A stretch of DNA of 64,000 nucleotides from Selaginella moellendorffii. Lineage: Eukaryota > Plantae > Lycopodiophyta. The translations under genes were made by a program, and so were the position numbers. The notes under the pieces were generated by a model. It worked only from the letters and a program-made list of their open reading frames with translations. It had not been told where the DNA came from and did no database searches. The stretch is from assembly GCF_000143415.4 (NCBI RefSeq), contig NW_003314452.1, forward strand, positions 14,652-78,651, written 5' to 3'. Shown here one piece after another: positions 35,110 through 47,540 of this stretch (its first letter is position 1; the number at the start of each line of letters is the position of its first letter).

Positions 35110-37475
35110 GGACATATCTTTAGAGTTAGGATTTTGCTCTTTGCAATGGAGTGTCAAGTTTGAGTCCCTATGGTAACTTGAGTTTTTTGTTTTTTGGTGT
35201 GGTAGTATTGGAGAAGCTTGCTTTGTGTTGATGTTTGGCATGTTTATTGATGAGTCTTAAAAGATTCATTAGTCTCTAAGTCTTGTTTTTGGTTAAAGTT
35301 CTTCAAGTTGTTATTTTTCTTCATATTGTTTTCTTGAGCTTGATTTTTCTTGGATTTTTGAATTTAAGCTTTATGTTTTTTGATTGTGTTAAGTTTTTGA
35401 GCTTGAACTTTGTAAATCTTAAATATGTTGAAATCTTGAGTTTGAGTTTTCATAGTCTTGATCTCTTGATCTTCATGCTTGTAGTTCTTCTTGATGTTTC
35501 GTTCTCGATCTTTAAAATTGAAAACCTTCATTTCTTTTAATGTTGTTTTTGATAATGTTTGAGTCATATGATTAATATTTCTTGAGCTTGTTAAGGTTGA
35601 CAGTTTGGAGATGCTCGCCATCGAATGTTGCAATTGTTGCCATTCCTGGAACTTTAAATTTTTGGATGAGGAATGGTCCTTCCCATCTTGAATTCACTCT
35701 CAAGCTAATGTTTTCAATGTTTTTTAGAAACCAGAGTACTTGATCATTGATCTTGAATTCTTCATTTTTCTTTAATCTTCTCTTTTTGTTATGGTTGGTT
35801 TTTCTTCAAGCTTGAATGGCTTCGAGTGTCCAAATTGCTTATAGTCTTTCTTCGTTAAGTTTTTTTAGTGTTACTAATCTTTTCTTAATTAATTTTTCTT
35901 GGTTGATCTTGTAGTGTATTGCCATTTGCAATGAAGGAACGATGTACTTCAGTGGTGTTAGGGCTTCTAAGCCATAGGCAAGCTTGAATAGTGTCAAATT
36001 TGTTGAAACCTTGTATGTTGTTCAATATACCCATAGGGCATTGTAAATGTGATTGTCCCAATCTTTCTAATTTGTTTTCATTATTTTGTTGAGGATGTTG
36101 TTAAGTGTCTTGTTTGTCAACTCTGCTTAACTGTTGCCTTGAGGGTAATATGGTGTTGAAGCCTTATGTTTGTTTCGCTTGAAGCTTGTTATGAGTAGTC
36201 CAACGAAGTCGAGTTCCTATCATTGAAATAGTTCCAGTGGTGTTGTTGGATGAAGCTTTTGAGTTTGTTTCTTTAGTGTGTACTTGGTTTGTTGACAAAT
36301 GTCGCATTCTCAACAAAATTTTGCTAAGTTATGCCAAAGTGTTAGCCACTAGAGTCCTACTTGCAAAATCTTGTGAGCTGTGATTTCTTCTGTGAAGTGG
36401 CCTCTTGCTTGTCCACAGTGGGCTTCTTCGAATAGATCTTGAGTTCTTCAAATTGTACACATCTTCATAGTACATTGTCTCGTCCTTTTTTGTACAATCT
36501 TCCTCCCACAACTGAATATGGTCTTGTCCTTAAGACAAATTATTTATGGTGATTAGAGATGGAGTATCGATTTAGTGTTATTGTTGTTATGAGGTAGTAG
36601 TAGATGTCATTCGTCCATGTTGATGATGTGTGGATGCAAAGTATGTTGGAGTCAGGAAAGTCATCCATGTTGTATTTTAGTTGTTCACTAGTTATAAGGT
36701 TGGCTTATACATGTTCTTTGCCAGGTTTGTGAATAATTTCGAAGTTGTATTCTTGAAGTAATAAAAACTATCAAGCAATTCTACGGATGAAGATGGTCTT
36801 GTTGAGGAGGTGTAAAAGTGCTTTGTGGTCAACCATGCTCTTGACTTTAGTGCCGAGTAGGTAGTGTCGAAACTTTTATAGTGTATAGACAATTCCTAAA
36901 ACTTCTTTTTCAATGGTGGTGTAATTCATCTCAGCTGAGTTGAGTCTTCAGCTTGTATAGTAGATTGGTCGGTCTTTGAGGTCTTGTTGTGAGAAAGTAT
37001 TGCTCTGATGGCATAATCAGAGGCATCAATGTGTATTGAAGTCTTTGTCCTAGTTTGGTTCTTGCTAAGGAATTCTTGAGCATGTCGAATGCTTGTTGGC
37101 AATCTTGAGTCTAGTTGTAGACGTGATTTTTCTTCAAAAGATCTATAAGGGGTTTTGCAATCTTCACATAATCTTTGATGAAGCGTTAATGGCATCCCAT
37201 TTTGCCGATGAAGGATCGTAGTCCAGTGGTGTTTGTTGGGTGTTGCATATTGATGATGGCAAGAGTCTTAGCTTTGTCAATGAGGATGCCTTTTATGCAG
37301 ATGATGTGTCCAAGTAGGATGCCAGATTTGACGAAGAAGGTAGATTTGTCAGGGTTTAAGGTGATGTTATTCTCTTGACATTTGATGAAGCATTTCTCAA
37401 GATGTTGGGGATGTTATTTTTTGCTACTAAAGATGCTGAAGTCATCCATAAAAACTCACATGAAGTTGGTGAGGT
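35110..37475 (-). mobile_element. Decayed Gypsy pol G2, copy B
   Basis: Duplicate of 11350-13515; retains ~215 bp of integrase (36142-36356) missing from copy A. Confidence 0.9.
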
Positions 37476-39327
37476 AATATAGTGCTTTCAATCTTTATTC
37501 TACTCTTTCTTCACGCTTACCATGACTCTTCTATTCTAAACAAGTATATTGTACATTATCATGTGACTAAGAAGCTACACATGTCTTTTTATTAGTCAAA
37601 GATGTGATATGATATTATCCGATATATATATATATAGCTATGTTTAATGCCAAACTCATAATACTCTTCATGTTACAGAAGGACAATTGGAGTCAATTGT
37701 AATTTCCCATCCATTTAAGTTGGTGATGTTGATTTGATAGGGCCTTTTTCCATAGTCAATTCATGGCAATGAATATATTATTATTGCCTCTAACTACTTG
37801 ATTCATTGGGTGGAAGCCAGTGCTTTTGATAGTGCACTTGTGACTATTGTTAAATACTTCTTCCAAAATTGAGTGGTATTCTAGCATTCATGTCTATAGT
37901 AGATTCTCTCAAATAAAGTCTCATATTTATAGTTAAGATATTTCACATTTTAATGTCTTAGCTAAGGATACACAACACTTTCACAAGTGCTTATCATTTA
38001 TGAACCAATGGTTTGGTATAATAGCTTATTCAGACTTTCAAAAGGATGATTAGGATTTAAATTGGGATGATTATTTGCCACTTCTTTAGTATACGTATGG
38101 CATAGGGGTACAAAGTTTCATTAGTGCTTCACTATATAAACTTCTATATGGTCATGATTTGATATTATCAATGGAGTTGAATTCACCTTTACAATTGCTA
38201 TGAACTACCAATGCTAAGTCTTAGGATTAGTGTTTGACGAGCATTTTTCCACTATTCAAGTAGCATTTATTAAACATTTAGTATAGCACACATGGTTTTC
38301 ACCCTTTATTCTATAGTGATTTATTATAGGATAACTATGAAGCAGAACCTAAATTTTTTATATGCCACATATCCAAAAACAGCGGAGTGGAACCCGAGTT
38401 TTAGGGCCTTAATCCATTAAACAAAGGAATGGAATCAAACTCCCAAGCTTGCAGCTAAGGAGCGAAGGAACTAGAGTATAGAGCGACTCTTGAGCATTTA
38501 GCCCAAGAAGAAAAAGAATAGAAGCATGAAGTGACATAAGAATAGTCCTAGAGCATCAAATATCCTAATGCCAAGATTAACACACAAAATGGAGCTAAAC
38601 AGAGCCAAATAAAGTTTAGTGCTATTTTAGCATATCAGTGGCTTAACACAAGGATATGGGTACTCCACTAGCTAGTATGGTATAGAACTTGGGTTAAACC
38701 GAATGCAAAACAAAAATAGGTATGCAAATAGGAGCTAGAGTATGCCTTAGGTTAATTGGCCATGCCTGACATACCCACTATCCCTACTACACATTTGGAA
38801 CCTCGGAAAACATGCTTTAAGTTATCACCCTTAATACCAAGAGTTAGTATTTGGAATAAATTTGAAATTTATTTAGTGAATATTAAAGAACCAAGCTCAA
38901 TATAATGGGGGTTACATATGAGCTTCTCATACAGAGTCGAGTATGCTCAGCAAGAAACATATAAAAGTTCCTATATTATGTTTATCTAGTATAAGTACAT
39001 ACATGATGACCAGTTTCTCAATTAGCTTGGGTGGAGATTGATAAAGAATCTAGCAATACCAACCTCTTGTTGTCGTGGCAGTAAAGAAAAAATATCTGAA
39101 ATGACTCATTCATAGGTAATTTTCGATACCTACAATCATATTCCCAACACTTGAGTTGCATACAAATGGGATAACAATGGTGTTACAACTCCCATCATTG
39201 TTAACCTATAGAGTATAAAGCAGATGACCTTATGTTAATTAATCTTCCCAATCTTATAGTGTATAGTTTGTCTAAATAGCTCCTTACTTATTGGAAGAGA
39301 CTGTATTAAATGTTGTGGTAAGTTGGA

Positions 39328-39478
39328 TGTAAGCTCTTGAATTTATACTTCTCGGGAAGTCACCTAACTTAGTACTATTCAAAATATTTCAAGACCCTTA
39401 ATCAATTAAAAAAAGGGGGTGCACTTTTATTCATGGGCCCTTTCCTCCTATATTTGAAGCTTTATAGATTATCTCGCA
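39328..39478 (-). mobile_element. Single Cassandra-like LTR with 5S C-box-like segment
   Basis: Minus strand TGCGAGAT...AATAGTACTAAGTTAGGTGACTTCCCGAGAAGT...GCTTACA; deleted in copy A. Confidence 0.7.
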
Positions 39479-40576
39479 AATCATCTTTTTTATATTGGAC
39501 CACAAGTATATGAAGTTTGGCATAACATTCAATAGGTTAATCCTCTAAAAATTGTGCATATAAAATAGCTAAAATACTTCATACAAAGGGATCATAAATA
39601 ACTAGCATCTATAGATCCACTAGTTCCTCCACCTAATATTCCTCCAAATCCCTATCAACCAAACAATTATAATTACTTTCCTTCCTTCCAAAAGGAGAGG
39701 ATGATATAAGGTTCAAGTGTATGGTTACAATGCCATTTATATTATTGCCGTAATGGGATTTTGATAGCCATTGAATTGGTTTCAATTTAGATCACTAATA
39801 ATTGAATATAAATATTTAACTAATTGAATATGCATATTTTTATATTTTATGTCCATATTTCATGCACTTACAGATTTTCTTTTTATTTTGCTTTACAGAG
39901 TAAAGTCATATACCTAGATATCTAAATATATTCTTGGATATTCTCTAATCTAGGGGCTCTTAAACTTTCTCTAATTAACTTGTAATCAGTGTTTAAAGTT
40001 AATTGTCTAACTTATCACTAATCTAAATAATCTATATTGAAAAACTATTAACACTTATTAACACTAACATGTAACAGAATGCCAATTTAAACCTTAAAAA
40101 TAAATTTAAAATTAACATCATTAAGCCCTCCACACTCATGGTTTCATTCTGTAATATAGAGGGCACAAAATCCAGCCGTCTAAGATTGATGGCCTGATGG
40201 TTAAACACAAAAGAACTTAAGAGAGTTAAACATTGTTCTAGCTATTTAAAAACTAAAGACTAGTGGGGACACCATTTCTCACCATTTGTCCTGAAGTGCA
40301 ATAGCTAGCAATTAACATTATGCAAATGCCTCAATCTAAACAAGTGCCTAGCCTCATTAGTTGTTATGTTTAGCATTCAAGTATGTTAAGAAATATATTA
40401 GAATATACATTGTGATATATTTTAGATAGCACAAAAAATAATTTAAAAGAGGAGTAGTGTATTTTAAATAGTACAACAAATTATTTAAAAAGAGTAGTAC
40501 TCAATGGAATTTAAGGATTGGTTCCTCGAGGTATGGAAGAAACTAGAAACCTAGACAGATAAAATTGATGGATCAA

Positions 40577-40613
<37 letters not shown>

Positions 40614-40918
40614 GTTTGTTTCTTTCTATGATTTTGCAGAGTCCTCAAAAAAAGGTACTTGGCATTGAGGTTCCACCATAGGCAAAAAGAAACTCTGCTG
40701 ATCTTTTATAGGAAAACGTTTTCCTACAGGCCTTTCTGAATTGAATCCACGGAACCTGGAAGTCAAAACAAGAGAGTAGCTTCAGAACACTTAAAAGCTC
40801 ACCCCTGCAAGTTCTGTTGTGGTGAGTGAATGGTCAAAGGTGCGAATATTCTCTCTACAAAAATTTGAATAAGTTTTTCTACATTTCCACGGAATACCGA
40901 GTCATTTTTTAGGGTATC

Positions 40919-41414
40919 ATGAAGAAAACACTCATTCTCGATCTAGACAATCCACTGGTATACACTCATAAGGATCTCATCTCTTCTGTAGATTTCAGCA
41001 TGGAATTTGACGATGATGCACCACTCCACATCATGAAGAGATTAGGTGTAGATGAATTTCTGGGGAAGGTTTCAAATGTGTACGATATCGTGGTGTTTAG
41101 TGCCGCCCAGGAGAAGTATGTCAACCTTGTGGTTGACCATCTGGATCCTACTCGGAGGCTTGTGTAGAGGAGGCTACATGGTGGCAATTGTGTTGTTCTA
41201 AAGGACGGGATGAAAGTCAAGAATCTTGACCATGTAGGGTTTCGGGATTTCAAGCGGGACTTCTTGGCAGATGTAGCCCCTTTCCTTCTTGCCCTGCCAA
41301 AGTGTGTGGACTTTACCGAAGTTACCCATCGCTGGAATATTGGACAATGTGGAGAAGCAAGGCAAATTGTACGTCCCAGATCCATTCGATGATGAATGGG
41401 TTGTGTTTAACTGA
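40919..41414 (+). pseudogene. FCP1/SCP-like phosphatase pseudogene, copy B
   Basis: Same lesions as 15818-16313. Confidence 0.92.
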
Positions 41415-41639
41415 TTATTGTATTTTGTAATATATGGTATAATTTGCCCCCCAATAGTTTATGGAAGTGACTTTCGAGGATTTCCTGCATGTCTTGTGTA
41501 AAACAAAATGGTAAAACAAGCCAAAAGAACACCAAGTTTTCAAGCTCTTCTGCTTCAAAAGTGTATCATCCTAGTAATGAGCTCACAACTTTTTCTTGAC
41601 CGAGCCTGAAAGAGATTGGAAAAAAAGAGCTACCTCCTG

Positions 41640-41852
41640 GTACTTGATACATTAGGCAAACATGAAGGCAAAGAAGACCGGGAAGCCGACCAAGACACCC
41701 GCAACAACACCCAAATGTCATGTCGTAGCCAAAGTAACTCTCCACAAACGCCTTGACAGTCGTGTATCACGCATTGGGTGTCATGAGGCGCACAAGATCA
41801 TTTGCATACTGGGATGCGATCCAGCCATACAAATCCAATAGTGATCCACATT
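41640..41852 (-). pseudogene. PDR/ABCG C-terminal fragment, copy B
   Basis: IASQY...VKAFVESYFGYD...GVVAGVLVGFPVFFAFMFA. Confidence 0.8.
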
Positions 41853-43329
41853 CTCGGAAAGTCCAAGAAAAAGCAAAAAGCTGTTTATATCCAACTTAGG
41901 TTTGGTGGTCAACACTAAACCAAAAACAATGAAGATGAATAGGACGATGTTATTGTCCCTGCCCTACAAGTATTTTTACGTGTTTTCGTTTGCAGCAGAG
42001 GAACCGCGGTACTGAATATCCACATTCTGGTATTGAAATTAAGCTGGTCACTTGAGCGATTAGTTTTTAGCTGATCAAAACGGTTGTAATGTACAATGTT
42101 TAAATCGTGATTTTCATTTGTGAATACTTTAGTGTTCTTAATTTGGATTTTCTTTACATTTCGCTTTATAGGTATAAAGAATATACCTAAATATCTAAGT
42201 ATATTCTAGAATATTCTCTAATCTAGCAACTTTAAAGTTTTCATATAAAAAACTATGAAGTTCTTTATTTTGCCTCATATCTAGAACTGGAAGAGTATCA
42301 AGTAAAATTTGAAAAACTATATAAAACTGAGAAACTCTATATTATCCTATAAATTACAAGGATTAACACTGACAAAGAGTCTAAAATTAACATCATTAAT
42401 CTAGAGGGCACAAAATCCAACTTCTGGACGTGTTTTAAGATTGATGTCATGATGGTTAAACACTAAACAACTTAAAAGAGTTAAAGTTTGTTCTAGCTAT
42501 TTGAAAACTTGCCTCAATCTAACCAAGCACCTAGCTTCATTATTTGTTATTCTTTGCATTCAAGTATGCAAAGAAATCAGTGGAATTTAACGATTGGTTC
42601 CTCAAGGTATGAAAAAAACAAGAAACCTGGATCAATTCATATATATATATTTCTCTCTCTCTCCATTTGACTCTTCCTTTCTATAATTTTGCAGACTCGT
42701 CAAAAAAGGGGCTTTGAGGGGGCAAAAAGAAACTCATTCACCCTGTACCAACAGAACTTGTAGGGGTGAGCTTTTGAGTGTTCTGAAGCTAATCTCTTGT
42801 TTTAACTTCCAGGTTCCTTGGATTCAATTCAGAAAGGCCTGTAGGAAAACGTTTCCCTGTAAAAAGGTCAACAGGTCAAAGGTGCGAATATTCTCTCTAC
42901 AAAAATCAACAATCCCGCCATTTTCTTCATCGCATCTCCCGAGAATTGGGGTAGCTCTCCAGCTTCCACTCGATCTCTGCCCACTTGAGGTGAGATGCAT
43001 GGACCCTACAAGAAGCCAGCCGTGGACACCACGCTGTTGCATCTCCCGTCAATGTGCTGTTTACCAATCCTGTTCCTTGAACCGAACCTGACTACAAGAA
43101 TGTCGGAAGCCCTTGAGTTGTTCAGCAACCTTGATCGAGAACAACTCGGCCTGGCAGAAATGCAATGAACTGGCAACGAATTCATATTTCTGAATCGAAA
43201 TCAGCATGCTGAAAAAGACCAAGACTACAAAGATGACAAAAAGGAGCAAGTAAATCTAAACAACTACAACGATCAGCTGCAAACAGACATGTTAGAAGCC
43301 AAGCAGAGAATCAGAGTAATGAAAGAAAC

Positions 43330-43865
43330 TCACCAAACAGATTGCCAGGCAGGATCGCAGAGGATGTCGCGCGCGGATGGACGCTGGTCGCGTCTTGCTG
43401 CGACCAGCTCCAACACCAGAAGCGAAAAGATGCCAAAGAGACAAATTATTGTATCCACCTGCTGCTGCAACTGGAGTCTCCCCTCCCTTTTGGATCGATT
43501 CCACGATCCCGGTCACAACATTCGCCGAGAGCATCTTGAATCTCTCCAAGCGTTGCGCCATTGCGAGGAATTGCCGAACATATTCTGCAAGTCATGAATC
43601 AAACCAGCAAAGAGTCGTGTCAGCCAACAAAAGGAATTCCTCGTACCAGCGTCAGGAGCAGCCTGCAACGCGGATGCATCATGATCAGTTTCTCCTGCTC
43701 CTGCTTCAACGAGGATCTTCATCAGACAAGTGCAGATGTTTCAAGTTTTGACCAACCTGATCGAGCTCGGTTAATCGGATCCAGTGGGCGGGTCCTTTCG
43801 AGCATGACGTCGGATCGCTTCTGAGTGTGTAGTTTCTTCGGACCAGCAGCTCTCTTCCTCTCCAT
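43330..43865 (-). pseudogene. GCN2-like kinase gene, copy B, with an 823-bp deletion of the kinase domain
   Basis: Junction at 43417/43418 joins copy-A positions 18298 and 19122; exons 1-3 open (CAA at 43571-43573). Confidence 0.92.
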
Positions 43866-44279
43866 GGTGGACTCTGGTCAGTGTTAACATTGTGAGTCGT
43901 TGCTGAAAGCACAAAAGAGATTGAGGAGTCGTTACTGCACTTATCCAACGGCTGGAGCCTAGAATGCGCACATCAGCTGTCCGTCAATGGATTCACAACA
44001 AACTTGCTACAATTGCATGCTCACCTCCTAACGCCTCGCCAACAGTAGGCTGCAAACCAGCAGCGCACTCACCTCTGCCCTTGCCAGACGATCACGGCAG
44101 CCCTAGATTTGGAATCTAAGCTGCATTGAGGATCGACGCGCTCCTCCGGCTCCCTTGGGCTTTGCCAATAGTAGGGTACAAGAATACAAACGGCCACGTC
44201 GGATAGAGTTTAGGGCAGACGTGGCACCTTTGTGGCCCTTCTTCACTTCCACGGAATACGAGTCATTTTTTAGGGTATC

Positions 44280-44867
44280 ATGAAGAAGACACTCATTCTC
44301 GATCTAGACAATACACTGGTATACGCTCATAAGGATCTCGTCTCTTCTGTAGATTTCAGCATGGAATTCGACGATGATGCACCACTCCACATCATGAAGA
44401 GACCAGGCGTAGATGAATTTCTGGGGAAGGTTTCAAAAGTGTACGATATCATGGTGTTTAGTGCCGCCCAGGAGAAGTATGTCAACCTTGTGGTTGACCA
44501 TCTGGATCCTACTGGGGGGCTTGTGTCGAGGAGGCTACATGGTGGCAATTGCGTTGTTCTAAAGGACGGGACGAAAGTCAAGAATCTTGACCATGTAGGG
44601 ATTCGGGATTTCAAGCGGGTGGTGGCACTGGATGACATTATTGACTTCTACCAAGGTCATCAAGAGAGCGTGGTGGTGGCTCCAAAGTTTGAGGGGTCAA
44701 AGGATGACCACTTCTTGGCAGATGTAACCCCGTTCCTTCTTGCGCTGTCAAAGTGTGTGGATTTTACCAAAGTTACCCATCGCTGGAATATTGGACAATG
44801 TGTGGAGAAGCAAGGCAAATTGTACGTCCTAGATCCATTCGATGATGAATGGGTTGTTTTTAACTGA
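44280..44867 (+). CDS. Intronless FCP1/SCP-like phosphatase, 195 aa, copy B
   Basis: Open ORF with DLDNT motif; 6 aa differences from copy A. Confidence 0.9.
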   Translation: MKKTLILDLDNTLVYAHKDLVSSVDFSMEFDDDAPLHIMKRPGVDEFLGKVSKVYDIMVFSAAQEKYVNLVVDHLDPTGGLVSRRLHGGNCVVLKDGTKVKNLDHVGIRDFKRVVALDDIIDFYQGHQESVVVAPKFEGSKDDHFLADVTPFLLALSKCVDFTKVTHRWNIGQCVEKQGKLYVLDPFDDEWVVFN

Positions 44868-45344
44868 TTATTGTATTTTGTAATAAATGTTATAATTTTT
44901 CTGCCAAAGTGTAGTTTATGCAAATGAATCTTAGTGAACTTTTGAGCTCAGGATTTCCTACATGTCTCATGTAAAACAAAATGGCAAAACAAGAAAAACA
45001 GCACACCAAATTTTCAAGCTCTTTTGCCAAGGAAATCCCCTTTACATTGAGAGCCCACAGCTTTGCAACACCCCATGAACACCAATAGGAGCACGTGCCC
45101 ACCTCAAACAACAAGCGAGACTTCAAAAAGGACATCACTGATCCAACATTTGATGCCGGAGGATAAGATGCTTAGAAGACTGATTGCTTCTGAGTTCTTT
45201 TATGTCTGTTGTTTAGTGCCTATGTGAAGCTATTGACAAAAATGTGATGATCCATATGAAGCTCTTCACAGGATCATGGAGAGAGAGAGAGAGAGAGAGA
45301 GTGTGTCTTTGCCATGACATCCAGCGAAGTAGCAAGAGGAGTGA

Positions 45345-46280
45345 TCGCGGTGCCTCCTGCAGGCATCTCCACGCCAAATCGCGACTCTTCTGCGCCAATG
45401 TGGTGATTCCAAGTCCCTCCCGCGAGGGAAGCTCTTGCACCGCCGCCTGGCCGCCACCCTCGACCTACGCCACCACTCCTTGTTCAGCAATCTCCTCATC
45501 CTCATGTATGGCAAGTGCTCCAGCCTCCCGGACGCATGGTCCGTCTTCCACGATCTCGTCCACAAGAACGCCTTCTCCTGTAACATCATGATCTCGATTC
45601 TCTGCGCAAACGGCCAGAGCGTGCAAGCGATTCATCTCTTCCTCGCCCTCGCCAGCGATTCAGTCGTCCGCCCCACCCACGTCTCGTTCGTCGCCGCGCT
45701 CGCCGCCTGCACCAATTGCCCCGATCTCCAGTCGGGCATCCGGATCCACGCCCAGATCGTTGCCGCGCCACCCGCGATCGCGAGCAATCCAGTCGTGTGC
45801 TGCGCCCTCTTAACCATGTATGGGAAATGCGGCAGCCTGGCAGACGCGCGGAAGGTCTTTGATGACATGCCGCGCAAGACGATAGTCGCCTGGAGCGCGA
45901 TGCTGGCTGCTTGCACCAGAAATCCCGATCAGGGCGGGCTCCCCGCTGCGATCGAGCTCTATCGCCAGCTCCGGGATGCCGGCATCGGCGCGGACTGGAA
46001 CACTGCGATTGCCGCAAATGCCCATAATGGGCAGTTTAGAGCGGCGATTGCGCTGCTGTGGAAGTTGGATCTGGAAGGGATTGGGCCTGATATGGTGACG
46101 CTGACTGAGATCCTGGCAGCGTGTTCTTGGAAGCAGGATAAAGCACAGGGTATAAAGATCCACGAGCGTACTTGCTCGTGTGGCTGGGAGCGTAATGTTG
46201 TCGCTGGAACCTCTATCGTCAACATGTATGGAAAGTGTGGCAGAATCAAGGAAGCATCAAGGAAGGAAGCAAGAATCTAA
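45345..46280 (+). pseudogene. PLS-class PPR fragment (copy B), no in-frame ATG at its start and 3' truncated
   Basis: Open frame LLRQCGDSKSL..GKLLH through MYGKCGRIKEA, then an abrupt stop; no E/DYW domain. Confidence 0.85.
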
Positions 46281-47540
46281 AATTATTTTTTGTTTATCAT
46301 GGCCTTTATAAAAAAAATTAAAATATTTTCTTTTCATAATTTATATACCTTTATTTATATGTTGTTACATTTTATGCCAAGTTTCATATCATCAAATAGA
46401 TAATGGCTGAAGAACTAGTTTATAACTTGCACATAAAGATAGAAAATTATTTACTGGACAATAATATTTATATTCAAAAGTTAATTCAAATTTGTAAAAC
46501 AACTAACCAGAATTATCTTGATTCTCTATTTATTTAAAAACTTCCAAATTCATTTTGTTTATATCTTAGCTTACTATTAATTGAAATATAGAAATGTGAG
46601 GTCAAGTGTATAGCTACAATAATGTATACTAATATTAGCATAGTGGGATTTTGGTAGCCATCAGATTAGTTTCAATATAAAGTAGAGTTTTTGGGATAAT
46701 TGATATTTTATGTGTTCCCTATCCATTTATGACATTTTATGTATTCCCTATCCATATTCCATGCACTCACATTATTTTATATTCCATGCACTCACATTGG
46801 TGGAGGTGAGGGGCACGTTTGATTATTCTTGAAAAGTGCTTAGATTTGGGATTTTGGTTTAGATTTAGCTTTTGCATTGTCTAAATTTAGCTTTTTCCAT
46901 TTCTTTCTTTTATTCTTTCCTTTTGGGATTTTGGTTTAGATCTAGCTTTTGCATTATCTATATCTCCCTTTCCTTCTAGCTTTTTTTTATTTCATTTCTT
47001 TTGCTCTTTCTTTTTCATTCATCTTTATGGTAGAGCAGTAATCTCCTCCTCCTTTGACTTTGGAGCACAATTGCTTGATGCTATGTGATTGCAGTTGAAC
47101 AACCAAACTCAGTTGATGGTAGTATTCACAACACATGGTACAACTCTTATTGCTCTTGGTGCCAATCCTCATGTTCAACTAGAGTTCTTTTATGGGAATC
47201 CTTAGGGACAAGTGTACTATTAGTTCAATCACTTTATAGTGATTGCCATATATCATTCTTGGGATGATACTCGATGTTTGTATGAGTTTCCCACGTGTTT
47301 CCAAGGGATGGCACTGTAGTGGTATAATGGTTTGAATGTAGCTATTCGTGGGGATTAGAGTATTTTTCCAGACGTCTTCAAACACACATTTGGATATGTT
47401 GACAATTGTGATGATACTTTCTAACAATTGTATTGTCTTTGTTAAGGACCATCTAAGTTGGTGATGCAATTTAGCATTTGTTTTCGTAGCCTTTTGCTTT
47501 ATGCGGAGCCAATATGTTGGAGCGGATCAAACTAGGAATG

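Larger units (their letters stand above)
25322..47540 (+). repeat. Segmental tandem duplication, copy B
   Basis: Collinear with 6030-23820, apart from the chromovirus insertion and several indels. Confidence 0.95.
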
